A stretch of DNA of 64,000 bases from Cycas panzhihuaensis (taxonomy: Eukaryota; Plantae; Cycadophyta). The DNA lies in contig CM041465.1 of the NCBI GenBank assembly GCA_023213395.1, forward strand, positions 170,321,741 to 170,385,740. Direction: 5' to 3'. The position numbers and the translations under genes are program-made. Each line of letters begins with the position of its first letter. Position 1 is the stretch's first letter. Shown in pieces: positions 40,931 to 54,289 of the stretch. Under the pieces are notes generated by a model. That model ran no database searches, was not told where the DNA came from, and saw only the letters and a list, made by a program, of their open reading frames with translations.

Positions 40931-43900
40931 ATGGCACTCATGCTAGCAAAAACCTCATGGGCACCAATTCCAGTTTTAAACTACTCAAATTATATCGACT
41001 GGAAATCACATATATCCCATCATCTAAAACAGCAAAAGATATAGTGATATGTTACAAGAGAATTTACAAAATGCATAGACACAAAATAGGAAGCCTATAT
41101 GGTTTACTTGATGAATTGTAATGGAGCTCTAGACACGATCCTAACCTCTCTCTCGCCGGATATTAATAGGTATTTCTCTGAAACAAATGATCTTGTCATC
41201 GTTTGGAATTCACTTAAATCAAAATACAACAAGGTCGATAAATAATAATTAGCCATTTTAGAACAACAAATATATGACTTAAATTATAAAGATTTCTAAA
41301 AAGTTGAAGACTTCTTATTGAAACTTCAATTTATTAATAAAGACTTAGAAAAGTGCATCAAATTTTCAACTAAAGTAGGTGATAAAATTGAAACTATCAC
41401 TCATGCCAAAGATGATAATACACTCATCTATCTCGCCACTAATAAACTACCTAAATAATTTAACCAATTCAAAACTACTAGGGAACAGGTTGGTTATCCT
41501 CTAATTACATTTAATCAGCTAACAAATCAGTTAGTTGAATATCAGATAATGTTGGTTTAGATTGGAAAGTTACAAGATTCTTCGCAGGCTCTTTTTTCCA
41601 AGTCAAAACCACTATATAAGTTTAAACATCATAACAATTATCAAAATAATTATAAAAGTAATCCTAAGTTCCAAAAACCTCATAGAGTTTCTTCTTTTCC
41701 TTCAAATAATTTTCATCATAATATTAAGTATTCTAGACCATTGAAAACCTAGAATACCTCTAAACAATCATTCCAAAAATGGAATACTATAAACTCTAAT
41801 CCAAATCAAAACATCAATTGTGTTTACTGCCACAAAAAGGGGCATTCCATTTAGGTCTGTAGGAATCAAATTACTTCTGAAGCTTGGAAAGATTCTAAGG
41901 GGATCCAATCATGATCTCACAATCCTAACCATTCTCTAACCACTACCACATCATCTTTTTCGGTCCCAACTGCTCAGTCAACTAAGTGAGTTCTTAATTC
42001 TAACGCATCCCATCATATGATGGGATACCAAGAATACTTGTCAACATACCATTCTGATCTTAACTCCAACGAAGGAATTTCTATCGAAAGCAGCTCTCAA
42101 TTGAAAGTTAAAGGAACAAGAGATGTTTCTTTCAAAGAAGGTTCTATCAATGACATTTTCATTATTGGATTATTACCAAATCTTCTTTTAGTCTATCAAA
42201 TCTACTAGAAAGACCTCATTGTCAAATTCTGGAAAGATAGATTTTTCATTAAACAACATTTAAACAAGTTTAAATAAATCACTTCAAGACATGTTGATCA
42301 CAAAATAAGTCTCTATAATCTAACAAACCTACAACATTCCAAAATAAAATCTTTCAATACCTTGTAGCTAAATCTGATCCAGTCAGTAAACTATAGCATG
42401 TTCGATTCAACCATATAAGCTATGACAAACTTAAGTATCTAAACAATCATAATACGGTACATGGGCTTCTCCCCCTAACCATTATCTATGGTGTTTGTGA
42501 AGCCTACATAATAAGCAAGTAACACGAGAAACCCTTTCTACACCAGAATTTATTTAGAGCAAGAGTTCCACTCGAACTCATTCATTTTGACATTTGTGGA
42601 CCCTTTCAAGTACCTCTGTACTTTAGAAGCTGATACTTTGTCACTTTTATTGATAATTTTTCTATGAGATGTTAGGTTTATATGCTCAAAACAAAAAGTT
42701 AGGTACTTGACATCTTTATTGAGTTTAAAACATTAGTTGAAAACTAAATAAACTCTAAAATAGAAATCTTTAGGTTAGATAATGCTAAAGAATATTTAAG
42801 TAACAAGTCTACTTCTTATTGTAAAAACCACATAATATGATTCCAATATATGGTTGCATATACCCTTCAACAGAATGGTGTTACTAAATGCAAGAATTGT
42901 ACCCTTGTAAAGATGACCACATACATGATACATGCAAAAGGTCTTAATTTAAAGCTATGGGCTAAAGTAATAGCTTGCTCTAACTACCTTTTAAATCATT
43001 TACCTTATAAGTATTTATAGAACATTACACCAAAATAGAAGTGATTTAGTCGTAAACCTTCTGTAAAACACCTTAGAATATTTGGAAGCATTGCTTGGGA
43101 CATGTTCTAAAAGAAAAATGATAGAAACTTGACCCTAAAAGTTTTAAATTTATCTTCATCAATTACAACAAAGAAAGTAAAGCCTACAGGCTTCTTGATC
43201 TAATCATACATAAGATTTTGATTCTACGTGATGTTATATTTAATAAAGAAATATCTTCATAAAAAACCACTTATATAGAACTTCCTATCGAGAACCTATT
43301 AACTAATACTTATCTAAAAGATCCTTTAGATATACAAGCAAATAATGAAGCAATTAATAACTTATCTTCATAAGTCTAGAAATAGACCTTAAATGAATTT
43401 AGTACATCTAAACCATCTAATCAAACATCTACGTCAAATCAATCAAATTCTATTGATCAATCTTAAACTTCTGATGCATCAAGAAATAAACAACTAGTTT
43501 GGGCTCAAAAAAATCTTTTCAGCTGTTGGTTCTGGTATTAGTGATCCATCGTATATCAGAAGAAATCATTCTAGAAAACTTCAAGCTAATTTTTCTCTAA
43601 TGGCTAAAGTCATGACCAATGATGGTCCAAAAATATTTAAAGAAGCAAACAATAAGCCCATATAGTAGTAAGCATTGCAAGTTGAATTTGATGCCTTTAA
43701 AAAGAATTCAACTTGGGATCTAGTCATACTTCTCCTTAGAAATCACTTGGTAGATTACAAATGGATTTACCAAACAAAATATAATTCAAAAGGGGTAATT
43801 AAAAAACATAAGGCTCATTTAGTTGCCAAAGGTTTCTCAAGTTGACAATATTGATTATACCAAAATTTTTACTCTTGTAGCTAAGATGAACACAATTAAA

Positions 43901-44787
43901 ACTGTCATTGCTTTAGCAACCAAATTTGGTTGGTAGATTCATTAGATGGATCTTAAAATCACCTTTCTAAATGGCAATCTTAATGAAAAAATTTATATGA
44001 AACAACCCCTCGATTTTGTTTATAATCATAATCTTGTTTGTAAGTTGAAAAAATCATTGTATGGTCTTAAATAAGCTACTCAATCTTGGTACATCAAAAT
44101 TGATAACTATCTTGTACAGAATGGATGCACTAAGTGTATTAGTGATCCCAATCTTGATTTTCTAAGACAAGATGATATCATTACCATCCTAATTCTTTAT
44201 GTAGATGATATAATCATAACTGGATCTTTAATCTCAAGCATTCAACAACTAAAATCTATTTTAATGAATAAGTTTAAAATGATAAATATAGATCTATTAC
44301 ACTACTTTCTAGGTTTGTAAATTTGTTAATTTGAGTCTAAAATCACTACTTCACAGTCCAAATATATTCTTAACTTAATAAAAAGATTTAATATAAAAAA
44401 TGTTAAACTAACTCCAAATCCTTTAGAATCAGGTACAAAGTTAATCATTGATTGTCAAACACCACTATATGATCCTACAACTTATCATCTACTTATAGGT
44501 AGCCTTATTTACATAACCCACACCCTCTTAGACATATCCTATGTTATTGCTTTGTATTTTATATATATGCAAAAGTCTCACAAATCATACTAGAAATCAA
44601 CGAAATGGATTTTATGGTATTTATAAGGTATAATATTATATGGTTTAACATATAATTATTGCAATTCTAACCTACTATTGATAGGTTACACAAATTCTGA
44701 TTAGGTAAAAGACTTTGATAATCATAAATCTATAGCCGGTTATATCTATTTTTTAGATTCCTCACCAATCACTTGGTCTAGTAAAAA
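40931..44787 (+). mobile_element. Degenerate Ty1/copia gag-pol, truncated within RNase H
   Basis: CVYCHKKGH knuckle (~41819); VLNSNASHHM (~41990); DICGPF and YTLQQNGV integrase motifs; KAHLVAKG; LYVDDIIITG; ends at SPITWSSK. No LTR pair found. Confidence 0.9.
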
Positions 44788-44822
44788 TATGAGAGGGTCT
44801 TCTTCCTTGTGATTTTATTAGT

Positions 44823-45416
44823 TGTTGGAGTGTAATGTCATCACTCAACTCCCTCTTACCTACTAGGCTTGTGCACCTCAATTTAGACATGTGATGCTCA
44901 ACAAGTCAAGGTAAGTTAAGGTAAGTTGAGTTAGTTTATTTGAGTTAAGTTACATTATTTTATTATTAATTTGAATTCAGGGCTTGAGGAGTTTCCCTCC
45001 TCCCCCAAAACTATTTATATTATGGGGTGTATAACCTTGGTGTCTTTAGACACCGCCTTTTTGAGGATATTTATCATGCTCTCAACAACAGTGGATTGAA
45101 GACAATGCTATCATGCTCTCATAGTTCATTTGTACAACATCGATCTACATTGTTACATAGATTTGTATTAAATATTTGATGCGATACTGTTATTTTGAAT
45201 ATATTGAAGTTTATTATATCTTCTGCCCTATTCTCCTTGTGTATTATATTTTCCTACATTTAGTATCAAAGCAGTCTAGCTACATTATATTCCATCATTT
45301 GGTATCAGAGCAGTTTAGCTACATTCTATTTCTAACATTTGGTATCAGAGCATAGTCCTGCTATTATATTTCTATCATTTGGTATCAGAGCAGTCTAGCT
45401 ACATTATATTCCATCA
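44823..45416 (+). mobile_element. Solo LTR whose 3' end contains four tandem PBS-bearing units
   Basis: TGTTGG start, CATCA end, perfect TSD TTAGT (44818-44822, 45417-45421). The core is homologous to the LTRs at 246-624 and 60925. Confidence 0.9.
45259..45416 (+). repeat. 4 x 39-40-bp tandem units, each TTTGGTATCAGAGC (PBS) plus ~25 nt ending in CA
   Basis: Units at 45259-45297, 45298-45337, 45338-45377 and 45378-45416. Confidence 0.95.
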
Positions 45417-45559
45417 TTAGTAGCCCTAACAACCTTACATCTCATTGTACTACTTAGTGGTCCATGCATAAATTTTAATAACTACATTAATCGTTAACCT
45501 GTTGGTGGCTTCTACTTGCTAGTGCTAAGGAAAGGTGGGGTTATGTTACATACATTGTA

Positions 45560-47512
45560 TATGCATGCATCCCTAACAATAAATGTAAGAAGATGGATAA
45601 TAAGATTTAGAAATATGCCTTTGTGGGGTATTGTGATCAAAATAAGGGGTACAAACTATGGGACCCAAAATTGAAAAAGCTTGATATTAGTTAAGAGATT
45701 TGGTTTGATAATTTGACGACATATCATGCTATAAGTATCATATCTAAAAGGGTTCATAATCTTCTGTTAATATTAAATCATTTTTAAGCAAACGTTATAT
45801 ATAAGGCTCATAATAAGAATAGGTGAATTAATGAACATATCATTCAACATAAGTCATAGGAGGAATTTATAGCAACACTAGGACCCTCTAGGCTCTTATG
45901 GGCATTGAAGATGATTGAAGGATCTAGAGTAATTATATGCCCATTAAATGATCAAGAAACTAGAAGTTAGTATGCCAACCATGCTCTTATGGTTAACAAT
46001 ATTCACTCCCACAATCCACATTCTTTTGATGAGGTAAGGAATAATCCATAATGTAAAGATGAAATAGAGGAAACTTGGGATTTAGTTCCACTACCTCTAG
46101 AAACAATCTTGGTTGGATGTAAGTAGGTCTACAAAACAAAGTTTCGCTCTAATAGAAAGGTAGAAAAGTTTAAGGCTAGACTTGATGCCTATAGTTTTAA
46201 ACATAAAGAAGGGATATATTATAATGAGACATTTGTACCTATCTCAAAATAACTATGACCAGGGTGATCCTTTCAATTGCAACCAAGTTCAGTTAGAAGA
46301 CACATAAGATAGATGTGAAGTCCACATTCCTTAATGGTGAACTAAAGGAGGACGTTTACATGGTATGACCTACTAGTTTCATTAAGGAAGGATGTGAGAA
46401 GTTTGTGTGTCACTTGAAGAAATATTTATATGGCCTAAAGCAAGCTTTATAAACATGGTTTGAAAAGGTTGATACAACCTTGAAGGAGGAAGGATTTATT
46501 ATGATAGATCTAGAGTTAATTTTGTATATTAAGAAAATTGTTATATTAATTATAATTATTATTTTGTACATTGATAATTTAATTATTACAAATGATCATA
46601 ATAAGGTAATTATTGTGATGAAACCATACTTATAGAAGAATTTTGACATGATTGACATGGAGATACTCCATTATTTTTTGGATATTGAGATAGCCCAACT
46701 GAAAGATAAGATTTTAGTGTCATAAAGGACGCATACAGAATGATTACTTGAGAAGTTCAAAATGATGGATTACAATCTTATGTGAATACTATTTGTTAAA
46801 AGAATAAAACCTATAAAGGACATCATGAAGCTTGTAATTGATAGAATACTATACAAAACTTAGGCAGGAAGTCTAATCTACTTGACCCATACTAGGCTTG
46901 ATATTACCTATGTTATTGAGTTGGTGTCTTAATACATGTTGAATCCTCAGAAGCCACATTGTGTTGCAACAAAATAAATTTTAAGATATTTAAAGTGAAC
47001 TTTGAATCTTAGTTTAGAGTATCTAAGAGATGCCAATGTGAGATTTCATTGTTAGAATAATGTTAATTGGTGTGGCAACTATAATGATAAAAAATCTATT
47101 TCAAGATACATGTTTAGTACTGGTGTTGGACCATTGTCTTAGCAATTGAAGAAACAACAAATTATTGCATTATCTTCTACTAAGGCAAAGTATTAGCAAC
47201 TCCTAGTAGGTTTTTATGAAATAATTTGGTTGAAAGGAATGCTTGATGTTCTTAATATTTGAAGCAACATAATGAGTATCTTCTTTGAGCATTATTCGAC
47301 TATAAAAAAATCCTAAGTTTCATGCTCAAACTAAACATATTGAGATACAACACCATTATATTCAGGAGATAATCAAAGTAGGAAAGTTAAATATGGAATA
47401 TTTTCCAAGTGATAAATAACTTATGGATATATTCATAAAGTCACTTACTTAAGACCATATTAGCAAAGTTTTTGTTAAACTGGACCTCCACGTGATTGCG
47501 CTTGAGGGGGGG
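45560..47512 (+). mobile_element. 3' half of another degenerate copia (integrase tail, RT, RNase H, PPT)
   Basis: AFVGYCDQNKGYKLWDP; FKARLDA; DVKSTFLNGELKEDVYM; HAQTKHIEIQHHY; PPT TTGAGGGGGGG at 47502-47512. Confidence 0.88.
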
Positions 47513-47623
47513 TAGATCTGCAAATCCAACTCTCACTCTTCTTAAAGGTTATTATTCTATGATACCAAGTTGATATGTAATTGTATCATGAATCCTAAAT
47601 CCCATATTTGTATTAAGGGGTAA

Positions 47624-48152
47624 TGTTAGCAAATACAATTAAGTGTTAACGCATTGTAGTTGTTAATTCTTCATGTGTTGGTGAGTGGTAAATATGATAG
47701 AGCAAAGTGATGTTATTTAAGAGATACAACCTTTTAAAAGAGTCTCAAACTTATTCAAAGAGTCGCATCTCTTAACTAAACATACACTTTGGAGTCCTAT
47801 AGAAAGGATCCTACGTAGAGTGGTAAATCATTAAATCAATTTTTAAACCTTCCAATGATGTAAAATGTAACATTAGTCACATCTCTTAACTAAATATACA
47901 CTTTGGAGTCCTATAGAAAGGATCCTAGGTAGAGTTGGTAAATCCTTAAATCAATTTTCAAACCATCCAATGATGTAAAATGTAGCATTAGCATTTCCAA
48001 TAAATCATAGATATTAAGTGTGGATTTTTTTCCTGAATGGGTTTTCCCCATGCCTCCCTTGCATGTTTTTTTCCTTTTTTTTTTCAAAAGTTTCATGTTG
48101 TCTTATAGGAAGGCAAACTAAATCCCCAAAACTTTTAATAGCACAATCAACA
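47624..48152 (+). mobile_element. Probable 3' LTR with an internal ~114-bp tandem duplication (47761-47991)
   Basis: PPT-like TAAGGGGTAA then TGTTAG...CAACA. Two copies of AGTC(G/A)CATCTCTTAACTAAA...CATTAG. Confidence 0.6.
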
Positions 48153-49202
48153 AAAGAGTGGCTTAAATTTTTAATTCAGGCCTAACACAATAAGCATTTT
48201 ATCATTATTGTTTATGAAATTTCATTTTCTAAGGAGGAGGAAAGACAACCCTCATAGGAGATCAATAATCATTGATTAATTAAGGATAACAAATGGGTAT
48301 TCCTAATGAAAAAGAAAGGAAAAAGGAGTTAAATTCATATTCTTTTATGCTTATATTTTAAATAACTTTTCACACCTAAAATCATGGAATTTACTAAAGT
48401 TTTAGGATACATTTTAAAGGGTTGCATGATTTTATATTGATATATGAGTAACTCTTATACTTTACATTAAATCCATATTTGTCTTTATCATTTATTGATA
48501 AATAGGGCCACAAAATATAAACACACATATTGATAATCATGACTAGATTAATCATTCATAGTTTTAGTTAAATATTAAATAGAGAAGTATGCCTGGCCAC
48601 ATCAAGAAGCCCAAAAATAAGTAAAATTTTGTCCCCTTTGTAGTGGAAGCTATGCTAAGTAGTTATGAAGTGATAGTTCTAGTTGTAAAATAGATGTATA
48701 GAAGGATGATAAGGATACACTAAAAAATAATTATCTTATACTTATCATAACTAAGCCAAAAGGACTTTGATAATTTAAATATTTATGCAATGACCTAAGG
48801 TTTACTCAACTTCCCTTTTCCATGAAGATAGTAAATGATATGGGGATAATGTAATGCGCCTCAAAGGGATCATAACTGAGTGGTGTTATATGAGTGTGGC
48901 AAGTTTAAGAAACAATTGTAGAGAAGATGGTTAGAGGGTTTCAATCCCAAGTTTGATAAGAGTTTTCACAAGTACTCAAAGGAATCCAAATACATAGTAG
49001 TCATGGAAAAAAATTGACTCAAATGCAATGTCTGAAGCATTCTCTCATGTTGAGTCCAATGCCACTATAAGACACATCCAATATGGACACAAACTATGCA
49101 TTGGCAAGTAGGGATAAGACTATCATACAACCTACCCTAAGTGCTAGGATGGTATTATTGTTTACTAGTTCTTATTTTCTCTCTTACTGTTTTACTTATG
49201 CC

Positions 49203-52200
49203 TATTACAAACCTCCTTAAAGCTAATTAATTAAATTATTAAGTGAATATGCACCTTTGAACAGTTACAACCTTTTATGAAGTGACCTACTCTATACATA
49301 TAATTACTCTCTTTGATGTAATTAATCAGTCAATTAACTATTAACATACTTTTGACATACTTATGCTCTCAATTGTCCTTTGAAACCTAAGAGTTGCCTT
49401 CACTTATAAACAAGGTTCATAACAAGTGGTATTAGAGCAATGTTCCTACCATGTGAAAACTATTTTAGCTCCCAGTTGCTCCATGTAGCAATCTAGTTAC
49501 AAAGAGGTGACGCGAGATCTTACAGATTGATCTATTGGAGTCACTCAACCCTTGTTATGGCTAGAATTAGTAAAGCATATAGCCACAGGAGAAATGAAAA
49601 ATCTATTCAATAAAAGAAAATCAATCTCCATCAAAGAACTTATTAAAGAAAAGAAAATTTAGGGTACTTTTCAAACACTCCACATTCACCTTAAACTCCT
49701 TTAGCATTGTCAAAATTAATCCTTTAACCACTGCCTTCCACTTCATAAGTCCATCAACCACTACCTTCCTTATCTTATCAAAATAAATAAATAATAATGT
49801 ACATTAACTACAACAATCTCCATAATTGTTTACCTCTCCAACTATTCAATGCCCCCTTTTTATTATAATAATCTGCTACCATCATCTGTTGTTATATTTA
49901 TATTACATTGTTGTATACTACTAACTGTACAAAATATTTGTACCAAAATACATTATTGTAGCTTGCTATTGTATTAATTATAAGTTATTATACACCTTTG
50001 CATAACTGTTCAAGGCATCCTTATATAAGACGTCGTCTCCATCATTCGGTCCTTAACACCTTTGTCTATTAATCATCAGCCATGACTGCATATTATTTAT
50101 ATACTCAAGTAATAGGATCCAAACTCTTACACTCTCACATCTAATACACAACCATACAAATAACACTTAGATGCCTACTCGCTAATTAAATAGACATAGC
50201 ACATATTGACCTTCACATACAAAGTATACAAAGTTCATAAAATCATGTGGAATAATTATTGTAGTCGTATAAACTCTATGTAGACACCAAAATAGTTGTA
50301 ACATCACCATGCATTATTCAATCTAATCTATTATATTATCTATTGCATTATAGCTTTCTACATAAGTTGGATTGGTACATAAATTTGATCAATGCATTAG
50401 ACATGACATGGGTGTGCGACACATATATAAATTTCACAATGGATATCAATTGGTTAGAAATATTAAAGGCATCATAATAAGGTTACATATTATATATATG
50501 ACTTTAATATAATTGACATATTATATTCATCACCATCCACTTAATAGTTTGTTTATCATTTTGTCGTTTGCATAATCTCATCTTCTACAAGCACATGATT
50601 GCAAAAGGTTTGGATATTACATTTCAATCCAATTATACATAATATTATTGAGACCCATCCAAGTTACTATATTGTATAATTTAATTGCAATATTCTTCTT
50701 TAAAAGGGATAATAATTGGGTTATCTTATATGTGCTTTCTTATGTCACATTATAAGCATAATTTCATATGTTCTTTTATAATAAAGGAGAATTAATTGAC
50801 TATTTCCCTTCGGTCGCTGGCTTGCTTACTCATCCATCACCTTTGACTTTTGCCACCTCATGGATATAGTAAGACTATCGATTAACGTAATATATTATTA
50901 ACATAAGTCACTTACATAAATCATAAGTTTGACAAATTAGCACATAGTTACAGAAGGGAATGGGTGGAATCACACCTAATCTATTATTAAGGTGATGAGT
51001 ACTGAAGACATGATTGACAACTCAATCCAGAAGGATATAGTTGAACCTATTACCCAAGCAGTCCATGAAGTTGTACAAACATCAAATGCTCTCTTAAATC
51101 ACACTCTACATCAAATTTTAGAAAAATTAATAGTCATGGTAGATGGCAGAAAGGAAGACATGATTATTCTTAACTCTAAAGATGAAGAAATTACTAATTA
51201 ATCATATGCTAGAACCCAAACCACAAAGAATCATTTGGGTCCTCATACAACTCAAGTTAATCTTGAAAATGAATCCATTAGGAAATATACTAATGACTAC
51301 CACAATTTGACTCTTGTAAAATAGAAGATAATGGTTTTCAAGTATATTTTAACTACCTACAAAGTATACAAGTACAGAAAAAGAAAAAAATACAATACAA
51401 TGCTTCAATATTAAGTAGAAATCACACAAATTGGGAGTGTGCATTTAATAAATAAAAAACTATTTTTGTCTAGTTGAAATTGAATCAACAAAACAAGTTG
51501 TTTTAGCTACCCTACACATAGATGAAATAGTATACAAATGGTGTCAATGCCTATAACGTACTATATTTTGGAATCAACTACCAACTTGAAAAGAATTTAT
51601 TCATTTAGTTATTGAATGATTCGAAATAGTGACTAGCCATGATTACTGTTGTGATTTATGGAAGTTAAAACAAATTGGATCTGTAAAATAATATAACACA
51701 ACTTTTACTAAGTTAATCTATGTATTAGAAAACATCCCAACCTATAGATTTATTTAACTATATATTGATGGCTTGATAATGGAGATCTAAGATGATGTTA
51801 AGGTCTAAGAACCAAAAAATCTTAACAAAGCAATACAATTAGGCAAAATATATGAAGAAACGCTCAATGCATTATGCAAAACTAATACAAACCCCTATAT
51901 TCCTCCACTTATTCAGCATAATCCATTGTGAAATGTTTATAATAAATCACTATCAACCAATTTGAATTGACCTATCAAGCCAATCTTTCAAAAGACAATA
52001 ATATAACAAGAAGAGTTAAGAAAAAAAGACCTATGTTTTAAATGTAAAAAGTAGGGTCCTGAGCATAAATGTCAAATGAACCAGTTATATATAATTAGAT
52101 TATTACCTAATGATAATATTGACGAAAAAGAACAAGAACAAGGGTTAAAAAATAATAAAAAAGATTATCATAACTATGAACATTAAGGAAGTTACTATAA

Positions 52201-53197
52201 TCTCAAGGTTAATAATCCAAAACTATTATTCTCATCTATCAGTAGTTTCACTAAACTAAATATATTAAAACTATGAGGATCTATAAAAAATTAAGTTGTT
52301 ACAATCTTGGTAGATTCATGTAGCACTCATAATTTCATTAATAGAAACTGCATTTGATAACTAAAATTATTTCCATTAAGGACTCCCTACTTCTAGGTAA
52401 GTATTGGAGGAAGATAAGTAATATCATGCCAAGGCATGCTGAAAAATATTAATTTCACAGTAAGTAATGTCAGCATTATAGAAGACTTTTACATCATTGA
52501 TATTAGAGGTGTAGATATTGTGTTCGATAGTCAATGGCTTTGTACACTTAGAACTTTTAAAATGAATCTAGTCAAGTGATTCATACAATTTAAGAAAGAA
52601 GGAAGAACCATTATGCTTTCCAAAAAAAAATGAGAAAAAACAAAGTAATATCACACAAGTATATAGATGAAGATACTGGAAAGTGTCCTCAAGATACAAA
52701 AGCTAAACTTTTCATGTTCCAAGTAGAAATTAAACTAGCAACTAAAAGAGCTAAAATATGTAAAACATCTTAAAAACATGAAAATTATTTTCAAGATCTT
52801 CAAACAGAAACTCTTCTAATAAAAGCTCACAACATCTGAATAATATCCTAATGGACACCAATTCAATGAATGACAACATTCATTTTAAGGTTTATAATCA
52901 TTTGACTATGTTTCATGGGTGAAACATATTAAAGAGAAAGGAATTGTTACAAACCTCCTTAAAATTAATTAATTAAATTATTAAGTAAATGGGCACCTTT
53001 GAATAGTTACAACTTTCTATGAAGTGGCCTATTCTGTACATATAAATACTGTCTCTGATATAACATTCAACATCACTTATTCTTTCTTCAATCAATTATC
53101 AGTTAAATGACTATTAACATACTTTTAATGCTCTTGTGCTCTCAATTATTCTCTAAAACCTCAGAGTTGCTTTCAGTTATGGAGAAAGTTTATAACA
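49203..53197 (+). mobile_element. Non-autonomous Ty3/gypsy derivative with gag and protease only (LTRs 49203-49424 and 52945-53197)
   Basis: LTR pair T(A/G)TTACAAACCTCC...ATAACA. PBS TGGTATTAGAGC at 49427-49438. PPT AAAGAGAAAGGAA. Near-TSD ATGCC/ATGAC. Motifs KLKQIGSV, ELRKKDLCFKC..GPEHKC and ILVDSCSTHNFI. No RT, RH or INT before the PPT. Confidence 0.85.
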
Positions 53198-54289
53198 ATG
53201 ACTTATTAAATAAAACTCAATCATAACAAGGTCTACAATGGACTATAAGTAAGATTCAAATTAAATAGAAGATGCACTCAATATGAATCTAAACTATGCA
53301 TTGTTAGGTAGAAGCAAGGCCATCACGCATCTTCTCTCATATGGCAAGATGGTGGGTGTGGGATAATGAGATATAAGTTGACATGTGAAAGAATTGTTTA
53401 GCTAGGTTATGGTGTCTTTTTTTTTCTCTCCTTTTCCTTTTTACAAATAGAGTGGTTTGGATGTAGTGTTTTTCTCATGATTAACTTGAGGATAAGTGGA
53501 TGCTCGCTCTAGTAATCTTTAGTCATAAATCTATGAGTGCAACATGATGGAATACAAGTGTAGATAAGAAGACAAGAAGAAATGGATAAGGAGTAAATGA
53601 GGGACCTAATGCAAACATAATTTGTAATCATCAAGGAGTTCATGGCTAGTTAATAAGATAAATACAAGATTGTTTTTATAAAAAGAAAGGAACCTATGAG
53701 AGTGTTGAAGACCATAAATTATATACTAGTTTTAAAGTCATTTTTCTCACAAAGAACTCATTTAAGAAAAGTAGGAACTTAGTAATATATAGGAACCTAC
53801 CAAAAATTCATCAATGAAGCATCAATGTTGATAAGTAAATTGATTAAAATACAAATAATAAATGCTAATAATGCAACTTAATGAAGGTTAATTGACTTCT
53901 CAAACATCATCAAATTATGAGGGAGTGATAGAAAAAGTCAAAGGCTTAAGAAATAAAGGCTTCAAATAGGACATGGTTGACTCATAAGGCTAATAGTGTT
54001 GGTGTCAATCTTGATTAGGTGCATTTAGTGTGAAATCTCAATCTACAAATTAAATGTGTATATATAACATATTCTTCTACTAGTTCTAAGCTATATAACC
54101 TTCAAAACTATACAACCCTTAAAAACACTTATCAAAGGCATATGTATGATTAAAAGAAACTCAAAACCAATAGTAAAAGAAAAAATTAAAACACTAATAT
54201 TTTTTTGTACTTTGTAGTAATATTTTTTCACTTTTCTTTTCTTTTTGTTTGTGTTCATTTTTAATTCTTTGAAATAAGAATGAAATATA

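Noticed and set aside
45259-45416. CRISPR-like repeat-spacer array
   Set aside because: The constant part is the 14-nt tRNA-iMet PBS, the spacers are homologous to each other, there are no cas genes, and the context is a plant LTR.
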